DNA of 64,000 bases from Kondoa subrosea. Its lineage: Eukaryota. Both the position numbers and the translations under genes were made by a program. The DNA lies in NCBI GenBank assembly GCA_039545335.1, contig BCIN01000009.1:310001-374000 (forward strand), read 5' to 3'. The stretch's first letter is position 1; the number at the start of each line of letters is the position of its first letter. Below are positions 14,122 through 31,500 of the stretch, piece by piece. The notes beneath the pieces were generated by a model. It did no database searches, was not told the origin of the DNA, and saw only the letters and a list, made by a program, of their open reading frames with translations.

Positions 14122-14378
14122 GCTTGCCTTCTAGTTTAATGCAGCTTGAACGCGTATTGTTCGGCCAGAGTGGTATACATTCAATATAGGCGCTTGGAAA
14201 GGTATAGATCGTCGAGGCAAGTCAAACAAGATTGAAGCGCGTTTCAAGCATATACAAAGTTAATGGCATAGCAACGTGTTAAATCAAAGCGTATGGAAGC
14301 AAAGTAAGAAGAGGGTACATAAACACTATAAAATTCCTCGAGAGAGATATGAAAACCTGCAACCTGAAAGAGACATGC

Positions 14379-15581
14379 CTAGCAAGCGCAATCCTGCTTC
14401 TTGCCATCTTGAGCATCTTGACCTAGTTGGACTCGACCATTGCTGCCAGCTTGTCCTGCAGCTGAAGAAGAAGCGTTTCGACCTGCTGCACCTCGACCTG
14501 TTGTACCGCGACCTTGACTGAGGATATCGGAAATAGGAATCTTGTGAGCTGTTCGTGTTGACCAGGTGGAAATCAGCTATATGCTGAATCCTACTTCTCA
14601 AGACGAACCAATCTCTGTAAAGACCTCAACGATTCCTTCGCCCGTCTTGGCTGAAGTCTCAAAGAAAAGCAAGTTGGATTCTTGAGCATAAGCAGCAACT
14701 TCTTCTTTTGAGACTTGACGATCTTTAGCTGCTCCTCCGGTACTCTGTTTGTTCGATGGTGTAGCTGTAGCATCATCTGCTTCTGAATCATCGGAATCTT
14801 CAGATGGTGTGGGTTGAATGGTATTGCTTGAGTCGTCGGCTTCTGAAGCGGAAGAAGAAGGTTGAACTAGATCGACTTTGTTACCGACTATCATGTAGTG
14901 TCAATATAGTCACTTCGACCAGAAGGAAGAACATACTGAATGCAATGACAATGTTTGGGTTGGCCTGTCGTTGCAGTTCCTTGACCCATGACTTGGCTTT
15001 CTCAAGGGAAGACTGTAGGTAATCAGTCAATCTTAGCTCGTTGGTCATAGCCTGACATCACCTACAGAGCTCGTCACATCATACACGACCACAGCTGCCG
15101 CCGCATTCCCTGAGTGCCAAGATTAGCTCTAACGATATACTTAGCCGTTGCAGACTGACTGTAGTACATAGGAGCCAGTCTGTGGACGACATCAGCCTAG
15201 CCAATTGGTTGTGTAATAACACGCACGAATGAAAGCGTTCTTGCCCTGCCGTGTCCCAGATCTCAAACTTGATAGTCTTGTCATCGAGCTTGCATTTCTG
15301 AGTCAGACTGTACAATAGAAGGATACTCATGAGTTGAAGAATACTATTGAGGACAGCGCAAAGCACAAAGCAGCGCCAATAGTCGGCTCCTTGTTCTCTT
15401 GGAAGTCATTCTGCACGAATCGCAACACCACAGAACTCTTGCCGACTGCAGCCTCGCCTACAGCACAATAGCCATCTCAGTACATTGTCCTCAAAGTCCC
15501 CCTTGGAAATGCCGTGGACATACCCAATAAAACGAGCTTGACCTGAATTGGCGACGTTGTTACAGCTCCTTGCTCACTCAT
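14379..15581 (-). CDS. VPS21: Rab5-family GTPase (Vps21/Ypt5-like)
   Basis: [43 protein letters not shown]-terminal CXC (QDCAC*). Confidence 0.93.
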
Positions 15582-15876
15582 TTTGCGTATTTGAGTGTTT
15601 TCCTAGTCCTATGCAGTGCGTTTTGGACCTATTACGTGTCTCGAGACCGAGAAATTGCTGGTCTTGGACGAAAAGAGAAATGCGCAACTCGACGCTGAGT
15701 CGGTTTGTGGCTGTATTGTAAAAAAGCTGGAAGACTGCTAGGGCGGCTCTTCCTGTCTACTGCTCGAGTGATATTGACCTGGTTGGGCGACTCAAGATGC
15801 TCTCGTTTTCTTCAAGTTGGTGTCTTCTAATGATTGACGTACCGAATACAGCGTATACGTGCTGTGTTCTGCCATC

Positions 15877-18104
15877 ATGCCGTCCTCTTGCTTCTCTTTC
15901 GCTCTTCGTTGTAGCTTAATTATGTTTGCATCTCTGATTAGCTGTTTTCCAAGGCTTCATCCACTCATTCAGTTGGATTTACCTGATCATTGCAATGCTC
16001 CTGATCTCTATGACGCTACGATAACACAGCTTCAAGAAGGACTCTCGCTGGGTCACTTCACTTCTGTCGAATTAGTACACGTCAATCGCAGATCAGCTTA
16101 TTTTTATTGATGCGTTCGTACTGATGATCCCAGTAGACGTATCAAAAGCGAATGCAAGAAGTAGAACACCTCAACGCGATCATCCAAGTCTCACCTTATG
16201 CATCACGAGAAGCTCAGCGGCTCGATATTTTAAGGAAGCAAGGCAAAATACTCGGTCCTCTACATGGAATTCCTCTGCTGGTCAAAGATAACATAGCTAC
16301 AGCTGGACTAAGTACTTCAGCTGGTTCCTTCGCATTGATTGGTGCGGAGCACAAGGATGCGAGAATAATAGAGAAGCTCAAAGCTGCTGGAGCAATTGTG
16401 CTAGCCAAGACCAATATGAATGAGTGGTGCGAATAATCGTGATCTAACGCGCTTAGAGGTCTGACTGATCCGACAGGTCCTCGTTTCGGGATTTCACTAC
16501 AATCCCGGACGGCTTTTCTCCACTAGGTAAGCGCTCATGCTGTCCGTACGAGAAGTATTCTGAGGGTTTTACAAAGGAGGACAGGGTACTAGCGTAGACA
16601 TGCAGTCTCTATTCCCATCTAGCAGCTCTGATACTTTGTCTTAGCCATATCATCCCAATGGCAGCTCGTATGGTTCTTCTGGTGGATCTTCTGTTGGTGT
16701 TTGCTTGGGTCTAGGTCCGGCAGGACTAGGCACATCTACAGATGGATCACTTGAAAGACCAGCTTCCGCGCAGAATCTGGTCGGGCTACGTCCTACAGTG
16801 AATACCGTTTCACAGAAAGGCAGTGAGTTCATAAAGAAATCTGCAGCAAGTCTCAAGACCTGATGATCTACTCTAGTCATACCTATCAGTCACTGGAACG
16901 ATACAGCAGGACCAATCACGAAGACTGTTTGGGATGCTGCTTTACTATCGAACTTTCTTTCCGAAACGGAAGAAGATTACACTCGTTATCTCAGCACAAC
17001 AGCTCTTCGTGGCAAACGTATCGGTATAGTTCGCAATATCGAATGGAATCCTCTTTTTCTCAAAGGCGAATACCAACCTCCCAAAATAACACATTCATCA
17101 TTGGATCAAGTCTCTGCCACTCTCATGAATCTGGGTGCCACAGTTGTCGAAAATGCCAATTTCATTGGTCTGGAACAGATAGATTTTGACCCTATCAATC
17201 GTGAGTAGTTGTATATCGCTTTGCAGACGAGCGTGTGAGCAGAACAACCGCAGTATGGGCTGTTGACTTTAAAACGGACTTGGCAAAATATCTTTCTGGC
17301 TTAATGTGAGTTCTCCTGCCTGGGTTTGATTACTGACATCTTACTGGCTTGCAGATCGAACCCGAACTCAATACATTCAGTATCAGACCTGATCGATTTT
17401 GAGCTTTCCAATGAGCGCGAGCAAGTCCCAACGTATGAAAGCGTATCTTGGCAGGAAAAGACAGCAGTTGCTGGCGATGCGTCAGATCCAGCTCACTTGG
17501 ACAGAGTTAAACACTGTCAAAAGGTTGCACGGAAGATCATGGATGATACACTTGAGGCTCACAGAGTTGAAGCTCTTGTTTTTCTGTCCCCTTACACGAC
17601 TCTTTCGGCCTTTTCTGGTGCGTAGCTCTCCCGTAAGAAAAGCACGTCTGACCGCTTGTATTAGGCTATCCCCTAGTAACTGTACCTGCCTTCTTTCTTC
17701 CACCTAATGTACAGCCACATATCGTACAGGAAGAGGTGTGTCATCCGGTCGAGTGTGCTCTGGTACTTGGTCAGATTAAAGCATGTGATTGATAATTTTC
17801 CAGGTTGCTGGATGTCTTTCCTGGTATGCCTTACGGAATCTCGTTGTAAGCCTTGTCCCGAGGGCTGCGCTATACTAGGCTCAGCCTCAAAAATGAACTC
17901 AGTGCTGGACCTGCGTGAGTTCCGACAACCCTTCCTCTCTCGTTTCAACTGATTTGTATTTGTAGACACTCGGACGCTCGGCTCTTAGGCTTCGCGTATG
18001 CCTATGAAGCGGCTACGCAAATCAGGTTGATCAGGCGAACTTATGACGCAGCTAGACCGAAAACACAATTACAAGGATATGCAGAGGTAGAGAAGACTCA
18101 GTGA
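15877..18104 (+). CDS. Amidase signature family enzyme
   Basis: GPLHGIPLLVKDN, GAIVLAKTNMNEW, GSSGGS, GTSTDGS, LLGFAYAYE. Confidence 0.92.
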
Positions 18105-18230
18105 GAGTCCGAGGCGCAGCTTAGAGACAACATAAGTGACGCATTGCAGTAATAGTGCAGTAATTAGAGTATAACTTTGGTTCTTCACTGCATACGAAGC
18201 ATCCGTCAACTACTCTGACAACAACCGACA

Positions 18231-19784
18231 ATGGCGGCCACTCACAAAGAGCGTAAAATGGAGCCTGATATAGCTAAATGGAAAGCGCTGCTGATTATGG
18301 GACGTGTACCGTTTTGTTTGGAAGTGAGTGATGCATGAGCGAATTGCATAAGCACAAAACTCAAGCAGGTCAAGGGCTTTCTGAGATCTGGTTTGGTCGG
18401 CAGTTTGGCTTACGCTTTCGACAATAACACAAAGCTCTGCCTCTCGCGCGCAGTTCTTGTATGTTTACAGCTGAAGTGATTCACTGTCAGCTTATTATTT
18501 TCGTCCCCAGAGTGGAACTACTGCTGCATTGGTCAATATTGGCCTAAAGTCAGTCTCGTCTCGCGCTGAATCGGTGAGATCTAATTGCTGGACTGGCAGC
18601 TACCTGAATGACTACATGGATTTGCCTGGAGATCTGGTGGGCGAGATAATTTACGACGCGCTGCATGCTCAACGAAAGCAATAGTATGAATTCAAGAAGG
18701 CCGAAGCAGCCGCGAAAGCAAACGGTGACAAGACAACATTGCCCGCAAAAGGCTCAGGTATTCTCGTTCGAGGCATCTTACCTCGCTGGACAGCACTCGC
18801 AGCTGCTATTGCAGTGTGGGCTCTCGATATCGCTATCATGCTCGTACATCGAAATCTTTATCCCTCCACAACACCGTTTCAAGGACAAGTTCTAGCTGCA
18901 ACTTTGCTGGCCATGTTTGTTTCGTTCTCTTACAATCTACCACCTTTCGAAACTGCGTATACACCTGCTTGCGAATTGACATCCCTTTCCACATTATGCT
19001 TTGGGTAAGTAAGTTTCTAATTCTGGGTATAAGTCCCTCATCTGCGGATCAGTTCTTTCCTGTGTGGCTACAACTTTCAAGCGATGGAAGGTGGGCACCT
19101 ACTGAAGTTCCCTACTGCCACGATGTGCGTACGACTAAGGAATTACCTGAACCTGATACTCACGAAAGATCAGGCCCTTGCTAATACTGGACGTGTTGTT
19201 GGAAGCGCCTAGACTTGTGAGTGTCATGCTACTGCCATCACTCATCATGCTCTGGCTGATTTCATTTGCCTGTCTACCTAGCTGACGATGAACATCGTTG
19301 ACGTGGGTCGAATTTCTTTCATTCGCTTTCTTGCTTATGCTTGTACAACAGATTGAAGCTGATCTTTCAATAAAGAAAGTAACCTTAGCTGGTATTCTGG
19401 GTCGGTTCCTTCATCTGCTCATGCAAAGCTAGCGGCATCACTTGATACTCTTCAATCAGGCTACTCGAGATCTGCGAAAGTCTACAAGATGGGTATGTGG
19501 CTGTTTGCCATGGCAGCTGTAGGTCTGGAAATTCAGCTTGACTCTTGCTGATCAGGAGATTGCAGGCTGGCCTTGCTCTATCTCGCGGCGATCAATACAT
19601 CACCACAATCACTCTCGTCTCTGCTCTTCTAGTCGTGCCGCAAATGTCTATGGTCTCGAAACAATTGGAACGATTAGCAGAAGGGAAGCAGCTGAAAACA
19701 GATCATCCAGATATCTGGGTGAGTATATTGGAGATCCAATTGCTGGTTGTATACATTGGAATGCTCTGGTGGGGCACGAGGTAG
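18231..19784 (+). CDS. UbiA-superfamily prenyltransferase, MenA/UBIAD1-like
   Basis: Spliced motifs NYLNDYMD, GSGILVRGIL, YNLPP..AY...EL and MNIVDIEADLSIKKVTLAGILG; hydrophobic helices. Confidence 0.8.
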
Positions 19785-19918
19785 AGAAACAAGGACAGTT
19801 AAAGACAAGGACAATCAGAAATCATGCACAGTCTAGAATAATCTCATGCCCAAAAATTCAGCTTGCCATAGCAAATACGAGCATCATCTAGATGTAATAT
19901 ACATGCACAAGAAATCCA

Positions 19919-20923
19919 TCACAACTTTGATGACGCTTGTGTTGTTATCTCGTTCTCGCCTAAGCCTTCTTCTTGACCTCCTTCTTCGATCAGGTCGAAT
20001 GACCAATTGCGCTCTTCTCCGTTTTTCAAGAATGAGCAATCGCCATTCTCTTCGAGCCCTGGATTTACAGATCAGCTGTGCATTCGCAGAGAACAAGAGA
20101 GCAACACTGACTCCAAGTGCCTAAGCTTCCGTCTCCATGTGTAACATATCGCGACAGCGAACAACAACCAACATTGATATCTTGTGAGTGATCTCCAAGC
20201 AGTTGGTGACCCATCGCAATGATCGGCGCACTGAACTCATGGTCTTAGACATAGCTTTCATAATGTTGATAAGGACGTACGCATGAGCTACTATCAGTAT
20301 CGTATCCGGCCCATCCGTCTCTTCATTGAGTTGCACGATCAAAGCCTTCAACGTATTTCCTATCCGTTTGTACAATTCTTCGATCGTCTCTCCCGCTCTT
20401 GATGGAAAGACTAAAGGTCTATGACCTTTTGGATCTATTCTAGGAAAGAGTTTGACGAGTTCTGAAGGATCTTGAGGGAAGGGATGTCTTCCAGTTCCAG
20501 GAATAACGGATTGATAGTATTCCGCAAAGCCTGGTTCAACAAGAAGAGGTAGATCTGCTAGATTCGCAAAGGGTGTAGCTGTCTGTAGACATCTTCATTC
20601 GCATATACTAGAAGGCTTCAGTTTGGCCGAGCGCTTTCCTTTCCCATAAGAGGATGACTGACCGGTAGTAAGGAGAAGTGTAGATTCGGTCTACCTTTGG
20701 AGAATAGGATTGGAGATGTGTAGCCAATTCCTCGGCTTGCTGAACACCATAATGCGTGAGAGCAACATCTCTAGGTGTTATTGTCGGTGCTGTAGAGCCA
20801 GGTCAATTGATATGGCAACAGCAACAGATTTGACGTACGTGGTCCCATCCCTTGCGGAAATCGTCCTGTAGGACCCCAGCTGGTTCGAAAGCCATGCCTT
20901 GCTATAAGAATTGTCTTGACCAT
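19919..20923 (-). CDS. Histidine phosphatase (PGM superfamily, Tfc7-like) with C-terminal SKL
   Basis: ILIARHG, SPYYRCLQTA, EPGFAE, LIVAHA, NGDCSFLKNGEERNWSF; ends QASSKL*. Confidence 0.88.
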
Positions 20924-21137
20924 GTGAATTGGCAGTGAGAGAGCAGGCAACGAGGATCGCTCGGTAGACAATAGCAAGTGTATCTGGCTGAGTAAGGTAT
21001 GCTTTCAGTCAGGTATTGATGTTTTACTTCGCAGTTCCAGCGCAAGCATCATCGAGCGAAAAATTAAGCAAGAGGTTTTGGTCCCAGACAGCGATATCCA
21101 GCTATGTTCTTGCGTGTCTTGGGGTCTTCTCAATAGT

Positions 21138-22482
<1,345 letters not shown>

Positions 22483-22563
22483 TAGACGGGGAAAGAGGTG
22501 ATTAAATCTGTACAGGTATCAATATATGCATTTTCTTGTGTCTGATCTGTTTTCCCATGAGGT

Positions 22564-23998
22564 CTAATCTTCCTCTTCCGCATTTCCGTTACTGGGACCA
22601 GTGACTAGAGCGCCGTCCTCGATGAATCTCCATTCTTGATATTCGCCAGGGATGGGAGCAGCAGGTAAGATTTTGGACTCAGAAGGGATATCAAGCTTCT
22701 TGGTAGCGACAGAACTTTCGATGAAGCTGTTTAAATTTCGCGAGTATGTCTGCGATTGATAGATTAGTATCGAAAACGAGACCTGTGATGGAGCTCACCT
22801 GGTTGATATTGATCTCATTCCTATCAACCTTGTCTGCAACCAAATCCATCCAGAATTTATGTGATTCAGCAACTGTGTACTCGGTATACGAGGTGTTTTG
22901 ATATGTTTCGCCGACAATAGGGATTACATCGTCACCGCGAGCGACTTTGTAGTACTGTTGCACTCTGTTTGGTAAGACGCACATGAGAAAATCAACCAAT
23001 GACTAACAGTCCACCATTCCCTGAATGCCTCAGCCATACCTGGTCGAAATTTCTGTAGATCACCGACAGCTGAGAAGTACGCATCAGCAAGCAGTATGAA
23101 ATGTGGAACAAATTTAGAATCACAATTAACGAAAGGTGCCAATGGATCAGCGACATCGATGCACATCATCTTCCAATCCGTTTCATCGCCATCATTGACT
23201 GCAAGTCCTCCTAAAAGCTTGCATTGCTTGATTTGTCCAATGTAGCCGGGACTAAGTACGTCGGCATTAGCATGGATAATATTGGATTGGAATCCGTTAA
23301 GCTCACTCTTGCCCAACATCGAAAACATCCATAGGATCTTGACGTATATGAGACACTCTGATTCAAATTTGAGGATAGGCGTACTGACCGTTATCTCCAA
23401 CGAAACCTGTGAACTCATGCTCGAAGTTTGGCTAAAGCAGATCATAATCATGAGAATAAACGAGATTAGAACAAGTCTCGTAAGACTGACCGATTCCCAA
23501 GTTTGAGGCAAGCTTCCATATAAGAAAGGATATGATTTATGGGGCCAAACATTCTCTACGAATCTAGGTTTATCTTTCCTCGTATCGTGGAAGATAGGGT
23601 TCAGAGGTTCTTCTCTATTCGTCTCGATCTTTCCTACATACACAGATGAGACCAAGAAAAGCGCGGAAAATAAGGGAGAGGATTTTACCATTTGTCCATC
23701 TTGGAATCTCAACTACCATATGAACGATTGACTGATTCTTGGGATCTGGGTAAAGTGGAACATCATGCCAGAAGGAGATTGGGTTCCCATCTTTTTCTAA
23801 CCAAATTCTCCAATCCTGTATACATTACGTAAGCGGAAGATTCAGGAAACAGAAAAGCTATAACCTTACTTCTTTGTTTCGAGCTCCTACTTCTCGTAAA
23901 CTATATCCATCTTTGCTATCGTTGTTTCTGATACTGATAGGGGAAGCCAAAAGTAGCGCAGGAAGGGAAGTGAGCAAGAATTGGGCAGAAAATCTCAT
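22564..23998 (-). CDS. Family I inorganic pyrophosphatase with N-terminal signal peptide
   Basis: MRFSAQFLLTSLPALLLASP start; SFWHDVP, VEIPRW, YGSLPQTWE, GDNDPMD, DGDETDWK. Confidence 0.9.
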
Positions 23999-24328
23999 CG
24001 CGATGTCTGTTAGAAAGAAAAAGTTTCAATCGCTTGGTTTGAATCTGATGATTCGCATAAGCACACGTTTGTACACTTACCAGACATCGATTTTGCCGAC
24101 TTGAGAGAATGCCAAGTAGATCTTAGATAAACGTGCCGACTCTGATCAAGTGGGCAAATGAAAGAGACAAGCGCGCAATGAAGCGATGAGAGAAGAAGGC
24201 AAACAGAGAAATAGACATAGAGAACAGCGATAGGGATGCAACAGAGGGATCAGTTTTCGGGTAAAGGAAATCAAATAAAGGAAATAGTTACATATGCATA
24301 CATTGACCTTTCGTTTGATATCAGAAGT

Positions 24329-25006
24329 TTACAGTGTCAGGCGATTGCCAGCTTTTATTATAGTAACGAAGCACATGATGTTGCCTGACAGTATAAATCA
24401 GCTTAGTTTTACTTGTGAGCAATGCAAAGCACCAGTCCACCAAGCAAGTGTTCTGAACCAGCTGTATTTGAGTGTCGTGACATTCAAGTAGAGGTAGTGA
24501 TATGCAACGCGGCTTAGTAGATAGAAGAAGGCTAATTTGTTCAAGTAGGTAGCTGGAAGTTTGGCTTGATTGCCTAGGATCTGTCGGAATAGTAGATGCT
24601 CGTTAAAGACACAGTAAAGAAGAATAGACGACATGAACGTACCACGCTAACACAGTATAGAGGGAAGTGTTCGATTGCATTGTAATGGGCACCAAAGGCT
24701 CTCTTCAAGCGAGAGAGATCTTCCGGCTTGAGCTTCCCAGACTTCTCAGCCCAGGCGACAACCTCTCTGCGGAATAGGGCAAGTCAGAGTATGACTTCAC
24801 ATGTATTGACTACCGCTTACCTAGGCGCTACATTATTGTCAACACCCAACCTGTGCATCAAACCTCTTGTAGAGCCCTGAAGTATGCATGAGAGACGTTT
24901 CCTCCGCGCCTTTCATCATTATCTCACTCACGAGGACATGCGAGTAGATGAAAGCAGCGACAATAGAGTGAACAGAATAGTTCGAGGTAACTCCAAGGAA
25001 CGACAT
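24329..25006 (-). CDS. MAPEG-family membrane protein
   Basis: NVAPR, RAFGAHYNAIEHFP, YLLSRVAYHYLY, SWFRTLAW. Confidence 0.85.
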
Positions 25007-25162
25007 GACAGCAGATATGTGTAGAGCTTCAGATGTCAATGAATGAGTCGCGGTGCAGGAAGGAGCAGAGAGCAACGAAATTGTTTGTTTCTTCAATTCT
25101 TGGACATATTCAACCTCGTGATCAAACGCTGTGATTGAGGTCTCTAACCCTCTTAAGTCTGG

Positions 25163-27709
<2,547 letters not shown>

Positions 27710-28548
27710 CAAATCGTCTTTCTAGAACAGCAATATGGACCCAATAATGGAAGGTTCTTGATCCGAGGTAAGGAAGCCGTAAACTTCCCTTTCAATTTCA
27801 AATTCTAACTTATCGTGCCGCTCAGGACGGATACTTGAAGCACTCGCGGAGCGGTACCTGAACTTTAGCGCCAGGCATAGACTAGATCATAAACTCTTTT
27901 AGCTGACTGTATGCATTAGGATATATTCTTGTGCTCGTATTTTTTCGGAGCGCGTCCCCCAAATTTTCAGCTTATGCACACTTTGTGCGATAGTGCTGCA
28001 AACCAGAGTGAAAATTGGCTCAGCGCTTCTTTGGTAAGCTCGTTTCGGACCACGAATCGCGGAATGCGTACTAGTGCATTGCCCTAAGCACTAGGTCGAT
28101 GATACTAAGGCTTCGACCTGGACAACGAGTACTACCCTGCGATCACTGATATCCCTGTCGCGAACTTCGACACAACACAAAGAGGAATCACACGCTCGCT
28201 AAACCAGTCGGAAATTAATCTATCGACAGTCTGACCTCCTTCATCTCGTTGCAGTGGCTCTACTGTACACGCTGATCACCGCACTGTGACGAATTACTTC
28301 GACTTCCCAAGTTTCAAGCGCGATTCTTTTAGCGCGGTTTCTATTGAAACTGGCTCGACTGTCCCTTGCTTACTTGGATTCGACTTCTATTACTCAGACG
28401 ACCAGCGTCAAGACTGTGCTCCAGAACACGAGGCCGTAATTAGTGGAACAGGCGGAAGCTGTGTTGGAGAGTAAATTTGGGCACAGCAAACATTCAGCCT
28501 TTTCTCAAGCGCATCAAGATCTCTGGCTTCCCTATCGGCTAGAAGACA

Positions 28549-31500
28549 ATGACAGAAGTCCTTACAGTCTTACCCACCAACAATAGCTCGAATACTTATC
28601 CTTACGCAGCAAGCAAACGCACAAGATCTGTTTCAGCCGATTCTACTCACAGCTTCATTGCAGACTTGCAGAATCAACACGATATCCCTCATTACAAAGT
28701 AGCTCTTGAGCCTTCAGTCACAAAAGCAATACCATATCCATTTTATCCGAAAACCGCAGCAAGCTCTATCGTTTCCGCTTCCTCTGACAACTCTGGCTCG
28801 AGCGCCTCCACAGTAGTCTATCAGGAAGAGGATCAAGATATGGCTGCCGCAATTCCACCTCCGCCACGCTTTGAACAAGCTCAAGATCGCGTCCAGGCAG
28901 CTGGTTCCCCTATGCAGTCGCAGCAACAAGATTCCACATCTGCTGCATCACCGCAGTGTGCAAAGGAGAATGGTAAAGCCAAGCAAACCCAATACACCAC
29001 CCAGGTTGTGGATATGCCAAATGTCGCTCCTCGATCATACACGATTTTGAAAGAAGTCGGAGATGGCTCATTCGGAACTGTTTGGCTGGCGGATTGGCAC
29101 TCTCCCTTAGAGTGAGTCTTCCTGTGGCCATGATTGTATAGTTTGACATTCTCATCTTTGTTTGCTTTTCTTTCATTTAGATTACCGCCTGGTACAGCAC
29201 CGCCAGGCCCTAGTTCAAGACCTGAATATAAAGGCAAAAAGCTCGTTGCGATCAAACGAATGAAGAAGGCCTTCGAAGGTGGTTGGGAAGAAGCCATGAA
29301 GCTGAAAGAGCTAAAAGTGTGTTTGATCAATTCTACCCCTCACTTGTGTTGACATCATACAATAGTCACTGAAAACAATACCGATGCATCCTTTCATCAT
29401 CCCACTATACGACGCCTTCCTGTTACCGACGACGAAAGAGCTCTACTTTGTTTTTGAATGCATGGAAGGCAACCTGTACCAACTTACCAAATCTCGACGC
29501 GGTCGGCCTCTAGCAAACGGTCTGATCGTCTCTATCTTCTATCAAATGCTTCTCGGTCTACATCACGTCCATTCTTCAGGCTTTTTTCACCGAGATATGA
29601 AGCCAGAGAATCTTCTTATTACTACAACTGGTCTGGCCGATTACCCTGCTTCTTCGCTATTTGCTTCACCAGATGCACCAACAGAAAAAGATGTCATGTG
29701 TGTGGTCAAACTGGCCGATTTTGGTCTAGCAAGAGAATTTGATAGCAAACCTCCTTACACGGAATACGTTTCTACAAGATGGTATCGAGCACCTGAAGTA
29801 CTATTAAGATCTAGAGATTATTCAGGTCCTGTGGATATGTGGGCTTTAGGAACGATTTTGGCCGAAATGGTCAATCTCAAACCGCTTTTCCCCGGTCAGA
29901 GCGAAGTGGATCAAGTATTGAAGATTTCTGAAGTCCTTGGTGATCCTGCTACGGATTTTGGTGTTGATAGCAGAGGTCGAGTGAGGGGTGGTGGACTTTG
30001 GGAAAGAGGTGTAAAGATGGCTAAAGCGGTTCACTTCAATTGGCCAAAAGTAAATTTTGCCCTTCCATTGCAGGAATTTTTGAGTTGACCTATCGCGTGC
30101 AGGTCCCTCCGGTCAGCTTTGGATCACTGTTTGACCCGATGATGGCTCCTCCGCAGCTCATTGACTGCATCATGGGTTTGCTGCGGTACGACCCAAACCT
30201 TCGACTTACGACAACGCAATGCATCGAACATGACTATTTCGCTGAAGTAGCCCCTCGATTCGCTCCTATAACTCCACCTGGTCAGCACCAACTGCCCGAT
30301 TGCCCTTACCCTTACAACTCTTATTCTCCTTCCCTTTCAATGGCTTCTCCATCTCAATCACCCTATGGATCACCCGCACTAACTCAAGAAGCCCTCTATC
30401 GGCAAATGCGCTTGCAAGATAGACATGCTTCGCTCGCCAACTCTGTTCAATCGATGCCGGAAAGCATTCGATCGGATGGCGCTGATACTGGACCAGTATG
30501 GCATCAGAGGCAAGTGTCTGGCAATCGTTTGGTACCTCTGAACAGAACTTCTACTGGTGCTTCATCTATCGAGTTCTACGATGGTTCCATCTTCGAAGGT
30601 GTTGCGCCCAATCGAGAAGAATCCATTCGAAGTTTCGCTTTGGCTCCAGATTCGGCTCGATCTGCAGTACCACCTCCATTCTTTGGTAATCAGAGATCAG
30701 TCTATGATGATCAGCTTTCTTTGCAATTGGAACAGCAGAGAAGAATGCAACCACCTCCTCAACCTGTCCATCAACCTTCACCTTCTGCAGCTCAAACACC
30801 AGCACCTTCCAAATCTTCTCGATGGCTTTCTTCGGTCTTCAATTCCTCTGACTCCAAATCAACAAATCAGCAGCAGCATCTGGCAAGCAGCTCTTCAAGT
30901 CTACCTACTCAGCAAATACATGCTAGCACGAGCAGTGTCAGTTTGAAGCGCTCACCTTCGCAACGGTCAACGCATCAACCTGGAATAGATAGTTCACCTC
31001 CAGCCGTCAGCGGAGATCCGAAAAAGGCAAAGAAAGAGGCAGAGAAAGCAGCTAAGGAAGCAGAAAAGGCGAAACGAGAAGCCGCGCAACAAGCTGCAAG
31101 GGAAAGAGCTCGTGCAGTCATGCTCAAGCGACAACAACTCAATAACCAAGCTGATTATTGGGGAGCACATCCAAATACTCAAATTCGAGCTAAAGAACAA
31201 GCTGCAGCTCAGAAAGGGAAACAAAGAGCACCTTCGGCTTCACCTTTACCGAATATCTCGGAGAGCTCTCAATTACGTCCTCCTGATCTTCGATCCAAAG
31301 CAAGACGAAGGGATGACGATGATGATGTGCATTCCATCTCCAGCAATGAGACGCGCAACAGCTCAGAACGACGCCTATCATTTGCATCCTACAACACTAT
31401 GGATAGCGATCCTGGTCCAGCTCGACCGAATTGGACCGCTCAAAGCACTAGTCGGTCTGCAACAGCTTCGTCTTATGGTTCTTTCGGCTCCGGTCCACCG

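Noticed and set aside
14720..14860. Acidic insertion in Rab5
   Set aside because: This loop is variable in fungal Vps21/Ypt52 proteins.
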